64,000 bases of DNA from Candidatus Cloacimonadales bacterium (GTDB taxonomy: Bacteria; Cloacimonadota; Cloacimonadia; Cloacimonadales; DAONDQ01), in assembly GCA_963662275.1 (NCBI GenBank), contig OY759316.1, positions 1,408,001-1,472,000 of the forward strand. Reading direction: 5' to 3'. The notes under the pieces are model-generated. The model was not told the DNA's origin, did not search any database, and saw only the letters and a program-made list of their open reading frames with translations. Positions within the stretch are counted from its first letter, which is position 1. Each line of letters starts with the position of its first letter. Both the position numbers and the translations under genes were made by a program. Below, in pieces: positions 49,901 to 60,189 of this stretch.

Positions 49901-52241
49901 GAATCGAAAGCGATAATGGTTTAGTCTCTCCAGGGTTGATAATGTTACCGGAAGTACCAATTTGAACTGTATTGATCAGGAAAAGAAGACCATTTTCCTG
50001 AATACTAAAACTGGAAACATAGGTTTGTGCTCCATCATGTATTGTCAGTTTCATTGGTAAAATAGAACCTTTTGGACAATCTGTAGCTATATGAATTGCA
50101 TAGTTGACTGTAGAGATCCCTTCAGTTCCGGCATTCATTGCTGGGTAAGGGGAACTGGCAGTCTGAATAGTCACAAAGGGATTCTCTGATGAAACGTCGC
50201 CAGTAAGTCCTGTTAATGTATTCGCTGAGTAATTCATCACTTTTATTTGGAAATTTGTCGAAGTCCCAGCTTGGAAAGGTGCATCTACAACTAGATTTCT
50301 ATACTCAGCATTCGCATGGGTAGTTCCAATAGTGATCGTATTCAGAAGTGGTATGTAATGTTGTCTGGTAATCGTAATATTGCATAATCCACTAGTGGCA
50401 TTTGAGTAAGCAAGAATTACATGACCTGTTTCATCTGTATAACCACTGACAAAAATTTCATCTTCTCCTTTTTGCAGACAAACCCAGGCTCCAGAAACAG
50501 GAGAGTTCAGGTTATCACGAACAGTAACGAGCACTGAGCTAGTTCCCGGGGAAGCAGTGAGTGGATAAGAAGCCACCATCGTGTGTGGTGTTTTCAGCCA
50601 TATTTCTGTACTGGGATCGCCCAATAAATTATTAGCCATCAGGTATTGTTTCGTATAATTCTGGGGATTAGAAGGATAATTAGCGATAAGAGCTAACTTT
50701 GAACGGAGTACTGCTTGTCCGGGATTAGAATTATTCTCTTTGTAAAGACCATATGCAAAAGCACCGGTTAAAAGATTGTTGAAACAGGTATGTGTCTCAG
50801 AAGATGGAGCATATACAGCGATAGCACCTTTTGGAGCTGAAGGAGTACCAATTTTCATAAAAGTTTCTGCTTGTGAAATACCTCCTATATTCACATTCGC
50901 ATAATCACCACCAAAACAGGTGATATATGTAATAACAGGGAATTTACCGCCATTTACCAGTGAATTGATATTCTGAATCGAAAAACCGCTGAAATCTCCA
51001 AAACCACGATAATAATATGCACTAACACCCTGGTTAATAGCAGTACTGATTTGGGAAGGATAATTTCCGGTATATAGTTCTGTAAAAGCTTGATTTGGAT
51101 TGTAATCCAGGATCAGGCTTTTGATATACAGCGCTGTTGTTTCTGTTGAAGTACCTGAGTTACGAGAATCACCCACGAGTAAGGTTTTCTCAAACCAATT
51201 ACCGGTTCCTAAATTTAAATCTTTCTCATAGTTGAGTATTCGATTTACCATTGTATTTAATTCAGTTGTACTGGAAAAGCACAATCTACCGATGTATGCA
51301 TCAGGATAATCATCATTACCGGCTAATTTTGTATAATCATTATCACCAACAGTATCAAATTGACTCGGTTGACCAGTGAAGTGATTGACATAGGTCGGGA
51401 TAGATGTAGTTCCAGTTGCATCTCCAACGAGTAAGATATATTCCGGCGGATTCTGCCATGTATTGTAAGCTGTTTGCAAATAATTCTTGATTGCTGTTGT
51501 GGTTGAACCAATATCTAATATGTTAACGGTATGAACTTCATAACCTTTCCGGTGTTTCCAGTCAACGAGTGGTTGTATTGTACTGAGTGAGGATGTGCTA
51601 TTATAAAAGAAGATATAGCTGCCAGGGGTTGTTTCTGATCGTGATGATTCTGAAATAGGGTTCAAAACAAGATCACGAGTAAGATTCATCCAACTTTTTG
51701 AGGAAGGAGGTCTCACCGTGAAGTTCTTTCCTAAGGGTGATGATATGAATGTGATATGTATATTTGCCTTCTTTAATACCCTTGTCAGTCCAGTTTCAGG
51801 ATTATAGAGAAAAGGCTTGATACATAAAGGTGAGATGATTTGATTTCTGCATATTCCAGTTTCACCAATTTCTAAAAACTTTTGGTTTATTGAACGTATT
51901 TTTTGATTGAAATCCGGTTCAGCTTCGTAAAAATTAATTGTTTGTATCGAATCATAGATAGCCGATTCCAATGTTACTTGTGCAATACTACCTTCGGGGA
52001 TGTTTATAAAACGTCCGAATTGTGGCAAGTCAGCAGATGTCTTTACTTCGTTGTCAATTTCTGTATCAGTGAATTTAATTTGCGATAAAGCAGGATGTTC
52101 TCTGGTTGCAGTGATTACATAATCAGGAAGTGTAAATAATATATTGAGTTCCTGACCAGTTGCTCGATCACATTTAAAAACGTCGATTGCATAAGCAGTT
52201 AAGGATAGAAAGAGAATGAGAGATACAAAAAGGTACTTCAT
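46941..52241 (-). CDS. Large secreted C25 (gingipain-like) protein with propeptide, Ig-like repeats and FlgD-Ig/T9SS-like C-terminal domain
   Basis: LVDWKHRKG, YILLVGD, IGRL, LLGDP, GPDMYGY, IAPFWDDL, QNYPNPF..WDGKD..ASGIYF..KKAIMIH; start at ATG 52241. Confidence 0.85.
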   Translation of the reverse strand: MKYLFVSLILFLSLTAYAIDVFKCDRATGQELNILFTLPDYVITATREHPALSQIKFTDTEIDNEVKTSADLPQFGRFINIPEGSIAQVTLESAIYDSIQTINFYEAEPDFNQKIRSINQKFLEIGETGICRNQIISPLCIKPFLYNPETGLTRVLKKANIHITFISSPLGKNFTVRPPSSKSWMNLTRDLVLNPISESSRSETTPGSYIFFYNSTSSLSTIQPLVDWKHRKGYEVHTVNILDIGSTTTAIKNYLQTAYNTWQNPPEYILLVGDATGTTSIPTYVNHFTGQPSQFDTVGDNDYTKLAGNDDYPDAYIGRLCFSSTTELNTMVNRILNYEKDLNLGTGNWFEKTLLVGDSRNSGTSTETTALYIKSLILDYNPNQAFTELYTGNYPSQISTAINQGVSAYYYRGFGDFSGFSIQNINSLVNGGKFPVITYITCFGGDYANVNIGGISQAETFMKIGTPSAPKGAIAVYAPSSETHTCFNNLLTGAFAYGLYKENNSNPGQAVLRSKLALIANYPSNPQNYTKQYLMANNLLGDPSTEIWLKTPHTMVASYPLTASPGTSSVLVTVRDNLNSPVSGAWVCLQKGEDEIFVSGYTDETGHVILAYSNATSGLCNITITRQHYIPLLNTITIGTTHANAEYRNLVVDAPFQAGTSTNFQIKVMNYSANTLTGLTGDVSSENPFVTIQTASSPYPAMNAGTEGISTVNYAIHIATDCPKGSILPMKLTIHDGAQTYVSSFSIQENGLLFLINTVQIGTSGNIINPGETKPLSLSIQNLSLWNGLQIHTRLRTPYTMINFPTDSQDISSIPAGTSYTTNIPYQIQIGTEAINGQIITLQLHMYTDSGWGQDIPFNIQVGQSTLNDPSGPDMYGYYCIESRDTGSAYTPAYQWIELDPTLAGTGTGLNFLDNDTTGSGVFSTISLPFSFKFYGQIYTHVTICSNGYIMPGSNGSVEWMNWSIPGPMVPKPIIAPFWDDLLTINGGNVFYQYRPELHALIIEWSRLKNCYNSSSIETFAAWIHDAPTDSTTSSDNTITFQYKTINNVDAGSYIGDYLTHGEYATVGIGDNTGSIGLQYTHSNLYPTSARPLANQTALRFISINPITVNPRPVISSISISDPAGNNNSQADFGETVTINLTIRNQGQDDLPASNLVLTTTDQYVTLLNANSTLPAISYYQDATPTQPLQIHVLGNVPNLHSIPLTMHILAGSKTYELQFSIVAHAPDLQLISASFSDNNNQYPEPGETVTLNLSLKNISAIAIAQTSVFPIFPTQWNILPANHVVNFTSGTVVPLSFQIQIPPNYPSGSICNYQVCAQSGSYSWSNTQELIVGIPDPLFSNNLDSLSVQNPLLTMQNVTIENAQYIHTQGKEAVFDAGSYNGSYLILPLLNGNDLQALNIKFNYMNLNEHCEYGCLYSFDQASWVTAWSDTAIVNTPTYMNISFPITLESWSLNICFYASPHAQIEFTPFILDDIFVGGIHHLPGYFQGHVTLDGGTGDITQVELMALPDQHSVHPDAQGNYILPAYEGIYPSVVAILPGYQWAQLDSVSVISTQHTMLNDLVLQYYQPILNLTDTISGNHVTLQWSLGRDISRKLIGRSIAPTSYRVHIKRNNLNFTDTTTDTQYTHVLFGSGNYEFYVVAEYSLEGQIIYRDTSNVINQAITSNNDPIMPVITQLSQNYPNPFMGKTMIHYDLAKPAQSFRLDIYNVKGEHIRTLDKGNKSAGTYSMEWDGKDTSGRETASGIYFFKMECDHQTWVKKAIMIH

Positions 52242-52518
52242 ATTACTACTCCTACTGAAATCATTAATGACTTTGGATACAGAAAACATTCCAAAATCAA
52301 AAATATTAATATTCTTTTTAACTTGCAACTAAATTATTTAGAATTTCATGTTTGAGACAGGTACAAGATGTCATCAATTCAATTTGCTCGATTTACTACA
52401 GGCGTTTCGATTAATCAATCTGTTCTTAATTCTAACAGAGGAATTCAATATAACTGATTACAATTTGACATAATCTCTAGCAATTGATAACTTACCCAAA
52501 ACAACCAAGGAGATTAAC

Positions 52519-53172
52519 ATGAAAAAGGGATTTCTTATACTAATTATCGTCGTTGGAATAATGATTGTCATTTTTCTGGGAGTTCTTTATTTCTTTAACA
52601 AGGGACCTGATCTTAAAAAATATGAGTACTTAAAAAATCCGATCATTGTTCAAATTCCTTCTCAAAATATGCTTGTCGTTGTAACGAAAGGGGATCCGAA
52701 TGAAATCGCAGGTAAAGCATTTAAGCTTCTTTATAGAGAATATTATTCCCTAGTGGGATTTTCTAAAAATATGAAGCCTGTTGTACCACGAGCACGTTGG
52801 ATGACTGATTTTGATTCTCCAAAAGACCAATGGATGGGGCAATTTGCATTACAAATTCCTGATTCTGTAACGACGTTACGCTCAGTGCCAAACGATGAAA
52901 ACCTCAAACTCTACATTACGACCTGGAATTATGGTACTTGTGCTGAAATTCTTCACCAAGGATCATATGATTCAGAAAGAAGTACGATTAACAAACTGGA
53001 AGATTACATTACAAGCCAAGGTTTTCGTATCACTGGGGCACATGAAGAAGAATATCTGAAAGGACCGGGATTGTTTGGACCCGGTAATCCCAAAAATTAT
53101 TCTACTATCATTCGTTATCCGATTGAAAAGATAAAACTAATCAAGGATGAGAAAGGAAATGGATCAAGATAA
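52519..53172 (+). CDS. GyrI-like small-molecule-binding protein with N-terminal membrane anchor
   Basis: AEILHQGSY, HEEEYL, TIIRYPI. Confidence 0.8.
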   Translation: MKKGFLILIIVVGIMIVIFLGVLYFFNKGPDLKKYEYLKNPIIVQIPSQNMLVVVTKGDPNEIAGKAFKLLYREYYSLVGFSKNMKPVVPRARWMTDFDSPKDQWMGQFALQIPDSVTTLRSVPNDENLKLYITTWNYGTCAEILHQGSYDSERSTINKLEDYITSQGFRITGAHEEEYLKGPGLFGPGNPKNYSTIIRYPIEKIKLIKDEKGNGSR

Positions 53173-53283
53173 CCAAGGATGAAATACTAGTTTTTAGGAT
53201 TTTGTTTCAGGATATTTCGCTTGACATTCCTTATTCGCTATGGGTAATAGATATTGCATACTGATGAGGGGAGGAATATAATC

Positions 53284-53853
53284 ATGCTAAAAGATTTAGT
53301 TTTAAAAAACCGCAGTTATCGACGTTTCTATGAAGACGAGGAAATAACACGTGAGACATTATTGGAACTTGTCGATTTGGCACGACTGTCACCGAGTGCG
53401 GCAAACCAGCAGCAATTGCGTTACTATCTATCCAATGAGCAAGAGACGAATGATTTTATCTTTTCCTGCTGTTCATGGGCAGGATATATACTAGATTGGA
53501 GTGGACCGAAGAAGGGTGAAAGACCTTCTGCATATATCGTGATATTAGGAAATACACTTTTTAGCCATCATGTCTCTATTGATCTAGGGATTGCAAGCCA
53601 GTCTATTTTATTGGGAGCTGTTGAAAAAGGACTTGGTGGCTGTTGCATTGCTTCCCTTCAACATGATAAACTTCAAATGGGTATGGAGTTTCCTGAAGAT
53701 TTGGAAGTTCTATTGGTTATAGCCCTGGGAAAACCTCTGGAAAAAGTGATCATCGATCCTATGCCTGATGGAGATGATATACGCTACTGGCGGGATAAAG
53801 AAGGTGTGCATCATGTGCCTAAGAAGAGTTTAAATGAGATTATCATAGAATGA
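53284..53853 (+). CDS. Nitroreductase family protein
   Basis: NRSYRRF, SPSAANQQ, AVEKGLGGC, HHVPK. Confidence 0.9.
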   Translation: MLKDLVLKNRSYRRFYEDEEITRETLLELVDLARLSPSAANQQQLRYYLSNEQETNDFIFSCCSWAGYILDWSGPKKGERPSAYIVILGNTLFSHHVSIDLGIASQSILLGAVEKGLGGCCIASLQHDKLQMGMEFPEDLEVLLVIALGKPLEKVIIDPMPDGDDIRYWRDKEGVHHVPKKSLNEIIIE

Positions 53854-53926
53854 AATATCGAGCAGGACACCGATCCTGCTGAATATCTGTTATACTGGGT
53901 CAGCCTCTTGCTACAAGTATATAAAC

Positions 53927-53956
53927 AAATGAGCCGTTCAATAGAACGGCTCATTT
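53927..53956. terminator. Bidirectional terminator hairpin between convergent genes
   Basis: aaatgagccgttc-aata-gaacggctcattt. Confidence 0.75.
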
Positions 53957-53976
53957 AACTTATGGACTGATTAGTT

Positions 53977-54849
53977 TTATTTAGTCATAATCACAATGAA
54001 CTTATTCTGTCTGAATGTTTCCGGTTTTGTAACCTGGAGTTTTGTTTGTTTATCATTGACGGGGATAATTTCATATGAGTCAGCATTCTGTGATGACAGA
54101 ATAGATACTTTTTTCATCGTCTGATTGATATTGATTGATTGCTCATTGAGTAGATTTAAGCTGGAAAATTCAGCAGTTTTGTATTTTTTTAATATCCTGG
54201 GTGTTTTACCTATACCCAGGAAACCACCTGTGTTTTCAAGGATGCCTTTGGCAATAAGTTGTTTTTGAGTTCCAATAACATAGTAAACAGTATTGACTAT
54301 TTCGTCCTGTAGTTTCAGGGATTTATCTCTTTCTGAGATTGTAAGATCCCTGGAAGCAATTTCCTCTTTGGAAGTCACTCTTTCAGTTTCCAGTGTACGA
54401 TTCAATTCATTGATTTGATTACTTAAGCTGGCTATTAATTCTTCTTTTTCTGTAAGAGAGATTTTAAGTTTTTCAACTAATTGCTCCAAACCTCGGATCT
54501 TGATGCTGTTATTACTGAGTTTTTTCTCTAAATCGCTTATCCTGGTTTTATATGCCGTCATTTGGGAATTCAACTGGTCTATCTTGTTCATGATTCTGCC
54601 CTTCTTATCGACTACAGCGGAGTCAGGTAATTCAGGATTGCTCGAAATGTCTTTGATTGATTCAGCGCTGATATTATCTAAACTGCTTTGAATATCAGAA
54701 ATGGTCTTCGTTGCATCATCTACATAGGCTGTTATTTCTTCATTTTGTTTCTTCAGTTCATGATTCTTTTGAATGGTTGCGATCAGATATGCCGATACTC
54801 CAACCAAACCAAGTGCAACGATTATTAAGATTATATTTACGGCTTTCAT
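53977..54849 (-). CDS. Membrane-anchored coiled-coil hypothetical protein
   Basis: N-terminal TM, long heptad region, NTVYYVIGT..L..KGI..GGFLGIGK. Confidence 0.7.
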   Translation of the reverse strand: MKAVNIILIIVALGLVGVSAYLIATIQKNHELKKQNEEITAYVDDATKTISDIQSSLDNISAESIKDISSNPELPDSAVVDKKGRIMNKIDQLNSQMTAYKTRISDLEKKLSNNSIKIRGLEQLVEKLKISLTEKEELIASLSNQINELNRTLETERVTSKEEIASRDLTISERDKSLKLQDEIVNTVYYVIGTQKQLIAKGILENTGGFLGIGKTPRILKKYKTAEFSSLNLLNEQSININQTMKKVSILSSQNADSYEIIPVNDKQTKLQVTKPETFRQNKFIVIMTK

Positions 54850-54924
54850 AATGGCTCCTTAATTTTTCTTATCGATTTCATCGGGATTTGTTTTTCTTGA
54901 ATACAGAGGACAATATAACTGTAA

Positions 54925-55605
54925 TTAGCTCAAACGCATCAATATCTTTTCTCCTATAATCTGTTTTCTTTGTTTTTGATCATCTGTTGGTCTTAATGTA
55001 TTTAAAGATCGTTTTAAAACCGGTAGGGCATAAGTGAGTTCCTCTTCTGCTCCCTGCATATCCATTAAAGTATAGAGTGTGTAGTAAAAAGGAAATCTTT
55101 TCCATTTCCCATGATCATCACGAAGCGACTTAATCGCTTTCAGACTAGACTTTATGTAAAGTTTAGCTTCCGGTTCAGGAATCAGTTTCATGACCCGAAG
55201 AACGGCATCTGTGCATTTTCCGCAACAAAACATGGAAGCTGGATTCTTTCCATAGAAGCCTGTAAACTCTGCAAAAGGAAGGAGGGCATTATGAATCGCT
55301 TTTTGTACAAAATCTTCCTTAATATCCAGCCATAATAAAGCATGAAGAGCTTCCTCTCCAAGTATATGGCGTAACGATGCATTTGAATTCAGTACTTCTC
55401 CGGTAAATACTCTTGTTTCATTTTGCTTATCCGCGGGAGGAATAGCAAACATTCCCCGGTATGAACCTGGTTTTCCCTGTAATGATGAAATCCAGCGAGC
55501 AATTAAGACTTTTTCTTGTTCACTTATTTTCTCTTCCAGCAAGATTTTATCATTCAGATTATGAAGAGTTAGAGCCAAGCTATTCTCATTTAGAATATTC
55601 ATCAT
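54925..55605 (-). CDS. Hypothetical protein
   Basis: 226-aa ORF with RBS; CCGKC and WKRFPFYYTL segments. Confidence 0.6.
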   Translation of the reverse strand: MMNILNENSLALTLHNLNDKILLEEKISEQEKVLIARWISSLQGKPGSYRGMFAIPPADKQNETRVFTGEVLNSNASLRHILGEEALHALLWLDIKEDFVQKAIHNALLPFAEFTGFYGKNPASMFCCGKCTDAVLRVMKLIPEPEAKLYIKSSLKAIKSLRDDHGKWKRFPFYYTLYTLMDMQGAEEELTYALPVLKRSLNTLRPTDDQKQRKQIIGEKILMRLS

Positions 55606-55734
55606 AATATCCTTTTAAAAGTCTGGTTCCAGAAATTCGTTTTTTAAGCATATCCGTCAAGTTAATATTGACATAAATCCATTTGATTCGGATTGCTAAC
55701 CGTTGAAGAAACATGATTATGATTAGGAGATTCC

Positions 55735-57285
55735 ATGCATTATGCCTTATTGAAACATTGGGTCGAAGAGAATGCTCCCAAGTTGATAGGAAAGATCATT
55801 ACCGGTATGGAGCAATTTGAAGATCAGATGAGAATAACAATTCTCGGGACGCAGGAATCACTTCAATTGAACCTGATGAATAAAGATACATTTGCTTTCT
55901 TCTCAAATAAGCATGACTTGCCATTTCTTCCTACAAAAGACTCAGGTGCCTTTCAAAAACACATCAATGGAAGCACAATTCAATCGGTTGAAATGGATCA
56001 ATCTGACCGCATTATGTACTTTACACTTCACCGCACAGATATGTACCAGGACACGAATCAGTATCGTCTTATCTTTGAAATGATTCCAACTTACCAGAAT
56101 ATCATACTTACACGGCTTGATCATGGGAAGGAAATCGTGTTCGAAGCAATGCGTAAATTCAGCCTGGCTGATAATCCGCATAGGCAGATACTACCCGGCA
56201 GCCCATATATGTTACCACCGAATTTTGGGATACATAATGCGAAGAAGGATATAGGGTTGCCCCCCTCTTTAAAAGGGGTTATTAATCCCGTAGAAAATAA
56301 TGGGCATACAATCTCCCCTCTATTAAGCATTAGAGAGGGATCCGGGGTGAGTAGTGGGGTCAATCTCCAATTCGAATCTCTTTATTATGACACATATCTT
56401 CCCACAAAGAAAACTGATATCCAGCGCAGTATGATCAAGCAGATAAATACAGAAGTCATCAAACTGGAACGAAAATTAGCCAAGCAGGAAGTTGAACTGA
56501 TTTCTGCCAAAGATGAAACGCTCTGGTTTAATTATGCCGAACTGTTGAAAGCAAATTTCTCTCAGATCAAGCCGGGAATGAATTCTCTAGTTGTGACAGA
56601 TTATTTTACAGACGGTTTCCCCGAGATTGAGATACCGTTGCAGGGTGATAAATCTCCACGTATCAATATGGAATATTATGTCAGGAAATACAGGAAAGCA
56701 CGGAATGGCAGAGAAATTATCGAGAAAAATATCAGGGATGGGAAACAGAAGTTAGCTTTATTGTTGGAACGTATTGTGAAGATAAAAGATACGGATTCTT
56801 ATCTGGAGCTACGTTCAGAAATGGGAAAGAAAGGTGAAAGAACATCTCACCAGGTCAAGACTCTATTTCGTCACCTCCTGATCAATGAAAACTGGGAAAT
56901 TCTGATTGGCAGATCAGCAAAGGAAAATGACCTGCTTTCACTTCATACAGCAAAACCTCAGGATTGGTGGTTTCATACCCGTATTTACCAGGGAACACAC
57001 GTCGTCCTGAGAAACTTTAAAAAGCAGGAATTACCTGAAGAACTGAAACTACTCTGTGCCCGACTCGCAGCATATTACAGCAAGGCTAAATCTTCTTCCC
57101 AGGTACCGGTAGATTTTACCCAAATTCGTTATATCCGTAAACCACGTGGCAGTGCACCAGGCTATGTGACCTATTCTCACCAGCATACGGTCTTTGTTGA
57201 TCCCATTAGTTATCGGGAAGCAGCTTTGAAATTGAATAAAGTAGAAAGTACAGGTCATGAACATCCTTCCTTAATGCCCCTCTGA
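55735..57285 (+). CDS. NFACT/Rqc2 (FbpA-like) protein
   Basis: DRI motif, IGRSAKEND, WWFH, GTHV, AAYYSKA, VDFT..RYIRKP. Confidence 0.9.
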   Translation: MHYALLKHWVEENAPKLIGKIITGMEQFEDQMRITILGTQESLQLNLMNKDTFAFFSNKHDLPFLPTKDSGAFQKHINGSTIQSVEMDQSDRIMYFTLHRTDMYQDTNQYRLIFEMIPTYQNIILTRLDHGKEIVFEAMRKFSLADNPHRQILPGSPYMLPPNFGIHNAKKDIGLPPSLKGVINPVENNGHTISPLLSIREGSGVSSGVNLQFESLYYDTYLPTKKTDIQRSMIKQINTEVIKLERKLAKQEVELISAKDETLWFNYAELLKANFSQIKPGMNSLVVTDYFTDGFPEIEIPLQGDKSPRINMEYYVRKYRKARNGREIIEKNIRDGKQKLALLLERIVKIKDTDSYLELRSEMGKKGERTSHQVKTLFRHLLINENWEILIGRSAKENDLLSLHTAKPQDWWFHTRIYQGTHVVLRNFKKQELPEELKLLCARLAAYYSKAKSSSQVPVDFTQIRYIRKPRGSAPGYVTYSHQHTVFVDPISYREAALKLNKVESTGHEHPSLMPL

Positions 57286-57299
57286 GAGAAGTGATATTT

Positions 57300-58049
57300 A
57301 TGCGAGAAAGACAAATAATCACTCGTGGAATTATTCTGAATCGTACTGATTACACTGATACCAGTCTCATCCTGGATGTGTTTTCTGAAGATTTGGGACG
57401 TATTTCTGTCATTGTTAAAGGGGCGAAACGAGAAAAACGACAGGATACAGGTTTCTATAGCCTGATGAATGTCTTGGAGTGGACTTTAATAAGCCAACAA
57501 TCCGAAATGTACATTCTGAAGTCTTCGAATCTCCTGGAAAGTACAGCCATGACTGAACAGTGGGAGACTTTTTCGCTGCAATGCGCTGGACTGGAATTGT
57601 ATCGTTCTATTATGGTGACTCATGAGGAAGCTTCAGAATATTATGAACTATTATATTCATACTTAGTTTTTCTGCCAAAGATAACAGCGAATGGTATTCT
57701 CATTTTTTGGAGATTCTTGCTGAGAGTTTTTCAGAAAATGGGGATAGAATTAAATGTTAAAGCTTGTGCTTTTTGCCGGAAGGAGGATATTCCTCTTCCT
57801 TATTACAATAGTCATCGAAGTGGTTTCGTTTGCCAGGATTGCACATCCAAACTCAATGAACCGTCAATACCTTTAGATTCTCATGCTGCAAATATACTGC
57901 ATTCTCTACCATATATAGGACATTTATTGATTGATATTCAACTATCTAAAAGGGAAACTGCCGAAATACAATCTATCTTTCTTCGTCATTATGAAGATCA
58001 TATGCATCAGAAGCTTTGTTTTAAGAGTCTAATAGATTTGTTAAAGTAA
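57300..58049 (+). CDS. recO: DNA repair protein RecO
   Basis: OB-fold GIILNRTDY..LGRISVIVKGA; CAFC..CQDC Zn finger. Confidence 0.9.
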   Translation: MRERQIITRGIILNRTDYTDTSLILDVFSEDLGRISVIVKGAKREKRQDTGFYSLMNVLEWTLISQQSEMYILKSSNLLESTAMTEQWETFSLQCAGLELYRSIMVTHEEASEYYELLYSYLVFLPKITANGILIFWRFLLRVFQKMGIELNVKACAFCRKEDIPLPYYNSHRSGFVCQDCTSKLNEPSIPLDSHAANILHSLPYIGHLLIDIQLSKRETAEIQSIFLRHYEDHMHQKLCFKSLIDLLK

Positions 58050-58073
58050 TTGTGACTATTTGGAAATAATAAA

Positions 58074-58168
58074 GTAGAGACGCCCAACTTGGGCGTCTTA
58101 ATTAAGGATCGAGTTACATCTGCTACAAATACATTGTAAAATAGAGACGCCCAACTTGGGCGTCTCTA
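58074..58168. repeat. Pair of GTAGAGACGCCCAACTTGGGCGTCT REPs
   Basis: Same family as 11476-11547; between convergent genes. Confidence 0.85.
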
Positions 58169-58196
58169 TTTAGGAGATAAAACAGAGGGGACGAGT

Positions 58197-59507
58197 TTAT
58201 TGGAGAAGAATAAATTTCTTGGTTATGCTGGTATTTGTTGTGTTTAATTTGTAGAAATATACACCTGCACCACATACGTTACCATGAGAATCAATACCAT
58301 TCCATGATACTTCCTGGCTGCCCTGGGAACGAGAGTATTGTTGAACTACTTGTCCACGGGTATTGTAAATGGTTAAAGTTGCTGTTTCACCAGTTTTTAC
58401 GTCAAAACCGATCTTTGTTCCTGAGGCTGCAGTGAAGGGATTTGGATAGGCGTTTCTTAATGCTGTAGCCACAGTAATGGTTGGAGTCGTTGGGTTATCG
58501 ATAGTAGCAGTGATATAATTACTAAAATTGGATTTATTATTGAAATCAACATTCTCCACCCAATAGTAATAGGTTGTACTATTTTCCACTTCGGGGTCAG
58601 TAAAGTTGTAGCTATGTGTCGTAGAAGTATTGGTTCCACTTATGATGGCTTGGTTCAGTTTGAGAGCATTTGAAATATTGGAGTCTGAGGAGCGATAGAC
58701 ATTGAAACCAAGATTATTAGTTTCAGATTCTGTTGTCCATTGCAGGTTCACCAGCATCTGGGAGGTCACGGTAGCGGTAAAGGAACTCATTTCGACAGGA
58801 AGCTCAATTTCATTATATGAAACTAGGAAATTATCAAATCCAGTAATGCGAAAATTTCCTACAGCAAAGTAGGGATAGATCATACCCGCATTTGCAAAGT
58901 CTGGATTTGATCTTCCGCCGATGGAAAATCCATGCAAAGCGTTAATTATGTTACCATTGATGTCCGAACTATTAATGAAAAAAGCCTCTGAAAACTGACC
59001 AGAAAGTTGTCTTTCAAGATAAAACCAAACATAATACCACGCATAAAGTGGTAAATCACCCGTGTCAGAAAACCATGGCATCACTATTGGACTTTCATTA
59101 CTATTTAAAAAACTACCTTCTCCTCCTTGGAAATTCATCCCCATGTATGGAACACCAACGACTTGACAATCAGCAGTTGCGTTATTGATATTGGATGCTG
59201 AAAATCCAATTCCACCATAACCATTATTGAAATCATTATAGAAATAACCTGAAAGAGAGATCGCTTCACCAATTCTCGGTACAGGGCATCCTGTTTTCAG
59301 AGTCCATACATCATTCATACCCAAAGGAATCATTACACCGCCGGTATCGCCCAGACCACCATTAGCCATATTTATTGCCCCTGTTGGAAAACCATCATTG
59401 AATTGGCTGGTCAAGTTGCTTGGGTTGTTGAAATCGACGAGTTTGTCTATTGCCGATAATCCAATCACCAGCAATAACATACAAAAACTGATTAGAACTG
59501 TTTTCAT
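58197..59507 (-). CDS. Secreted protein with LPVE(L/M) Ig-like module and FlgD-Ig/T9SS-like C-terminal domain
   Basis: Signal peptide; ELPVEMSSFTA..WTTESETNNLGFNVYRS; NAYPNPF..GVYFYKL..KKFILLQ. Confidence 0.8.
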   Translation of the reverse strand: MKTVLISFCMLLLVIGLSAIDKLVDFNNPSNLTSQFNDGFPTGAINMANGGLGDTGGVMIPLGMNDVWTLKTGCPVPRIGEAISLSGYFYNDFNNGYGGIGFSASNINNATADCQVVGVPYMGMNFQGGEGSFLNSNESPIVMPWFSDTGDLPLYAWYYVWFYLERQLSGQFSEAFFINSSDINGNIINALHGFSIGGRSNPDFANAGMIYPYFAVGNFRITGFDNFLVSYNEIELPVEMSSFTATVTSQMLVNLQWTTESETNNLGFNVYRSSDSNISNALKLNQAIISGTNTSTTHSYNFTDPEVENSTTYYYWVENVDFNNKSNFSNYITATIDNPTTPTITVATALRNAYPNPFTAASGTKIGFDVKTGETATLTIYNTRGQVVQQYSRSQGSQEVSWNGIDSHGNVCGAGVYFYKLNTTNTSITKKFILLQ

Positions 59508-59509
59508 TT

Positions 59510-59794
59510 TTAGTCTCCTTTTTTCTTGTTTTTGGTTGAGTCTTTAATACCTACAGACCCCATCGAAACTCTACGATCATAATTTTTCTTGATTGCAAGC
59601 TTGGATTTGCGCAATTGCTCCAATTCCTGATAAACGATATCTTTACTTTGGATATCGAAATCCCTGATAATGTTTTCAAAACTGCAATCTTGATGTTTGA
59701 TGGTAAATCCAAGCAAACCATTACCATCTTTATCATAGGTTTCTATGATTGCGCTTATGTCAACGATATTATTATTTTTTTCTTTTGTTTTCAT
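59510..59794 (-). CDS. Small hypothetical protein
   Basis: 94-aa ORF ending 2 bp before the next start; no recognisable motif. Confidence 0.4.
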   Translation of the reverse strand: MKTKEKNNNIVDISAIIETYDKDGNGLLGFTIKHQDCSFENIIRDFDIQSKDIVYQELEQLRKSKLAIKKNYDRRVSMGSVGIKDSTKNKKKGD

Positions 59795-60007
59795 AAGCTA
59801 TAATAAAGCAGGAATGGTACCAAAAAAAGGATATTTTAAATATACTGTATCTGTATGATATATGGGTTCTTATGAAATATGGGAAATCAGGAACTGCAAT
59901 AAATTTCAAAATAGCCCTGAAATTATATGAAAGTGAAATTTCATATGAAATTAATTTGCATCTAAAAACGAGATACTTATCTCCCCGGTTTAGCTCATTT
60001 ATTGTTA

Positions 60008-60182
60008 CCTGTACGCTGTACGCTGTACCCTGTACCCTGTACCCTGTACCCTGTACCCTGTACCCTGTACGCTGTACCCTGTACCCTGTACCCTGTACCC
60101 TGTACCCTGTACCCTGTACCCTGTACCCTGTACCCTGTACCCTGTACCCTGTACCCTGTACCCTGTACGCTATACCCTACAC
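60008..60182 (-). repeat. Heptamer array (CCTGTAC/GCTGTAC) x25
   Basis: Begins just after the DUF523 gene stop via GCAGAAG. Confidence 0.95.
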
Positions 60183-60189
60183 CCTTCTG

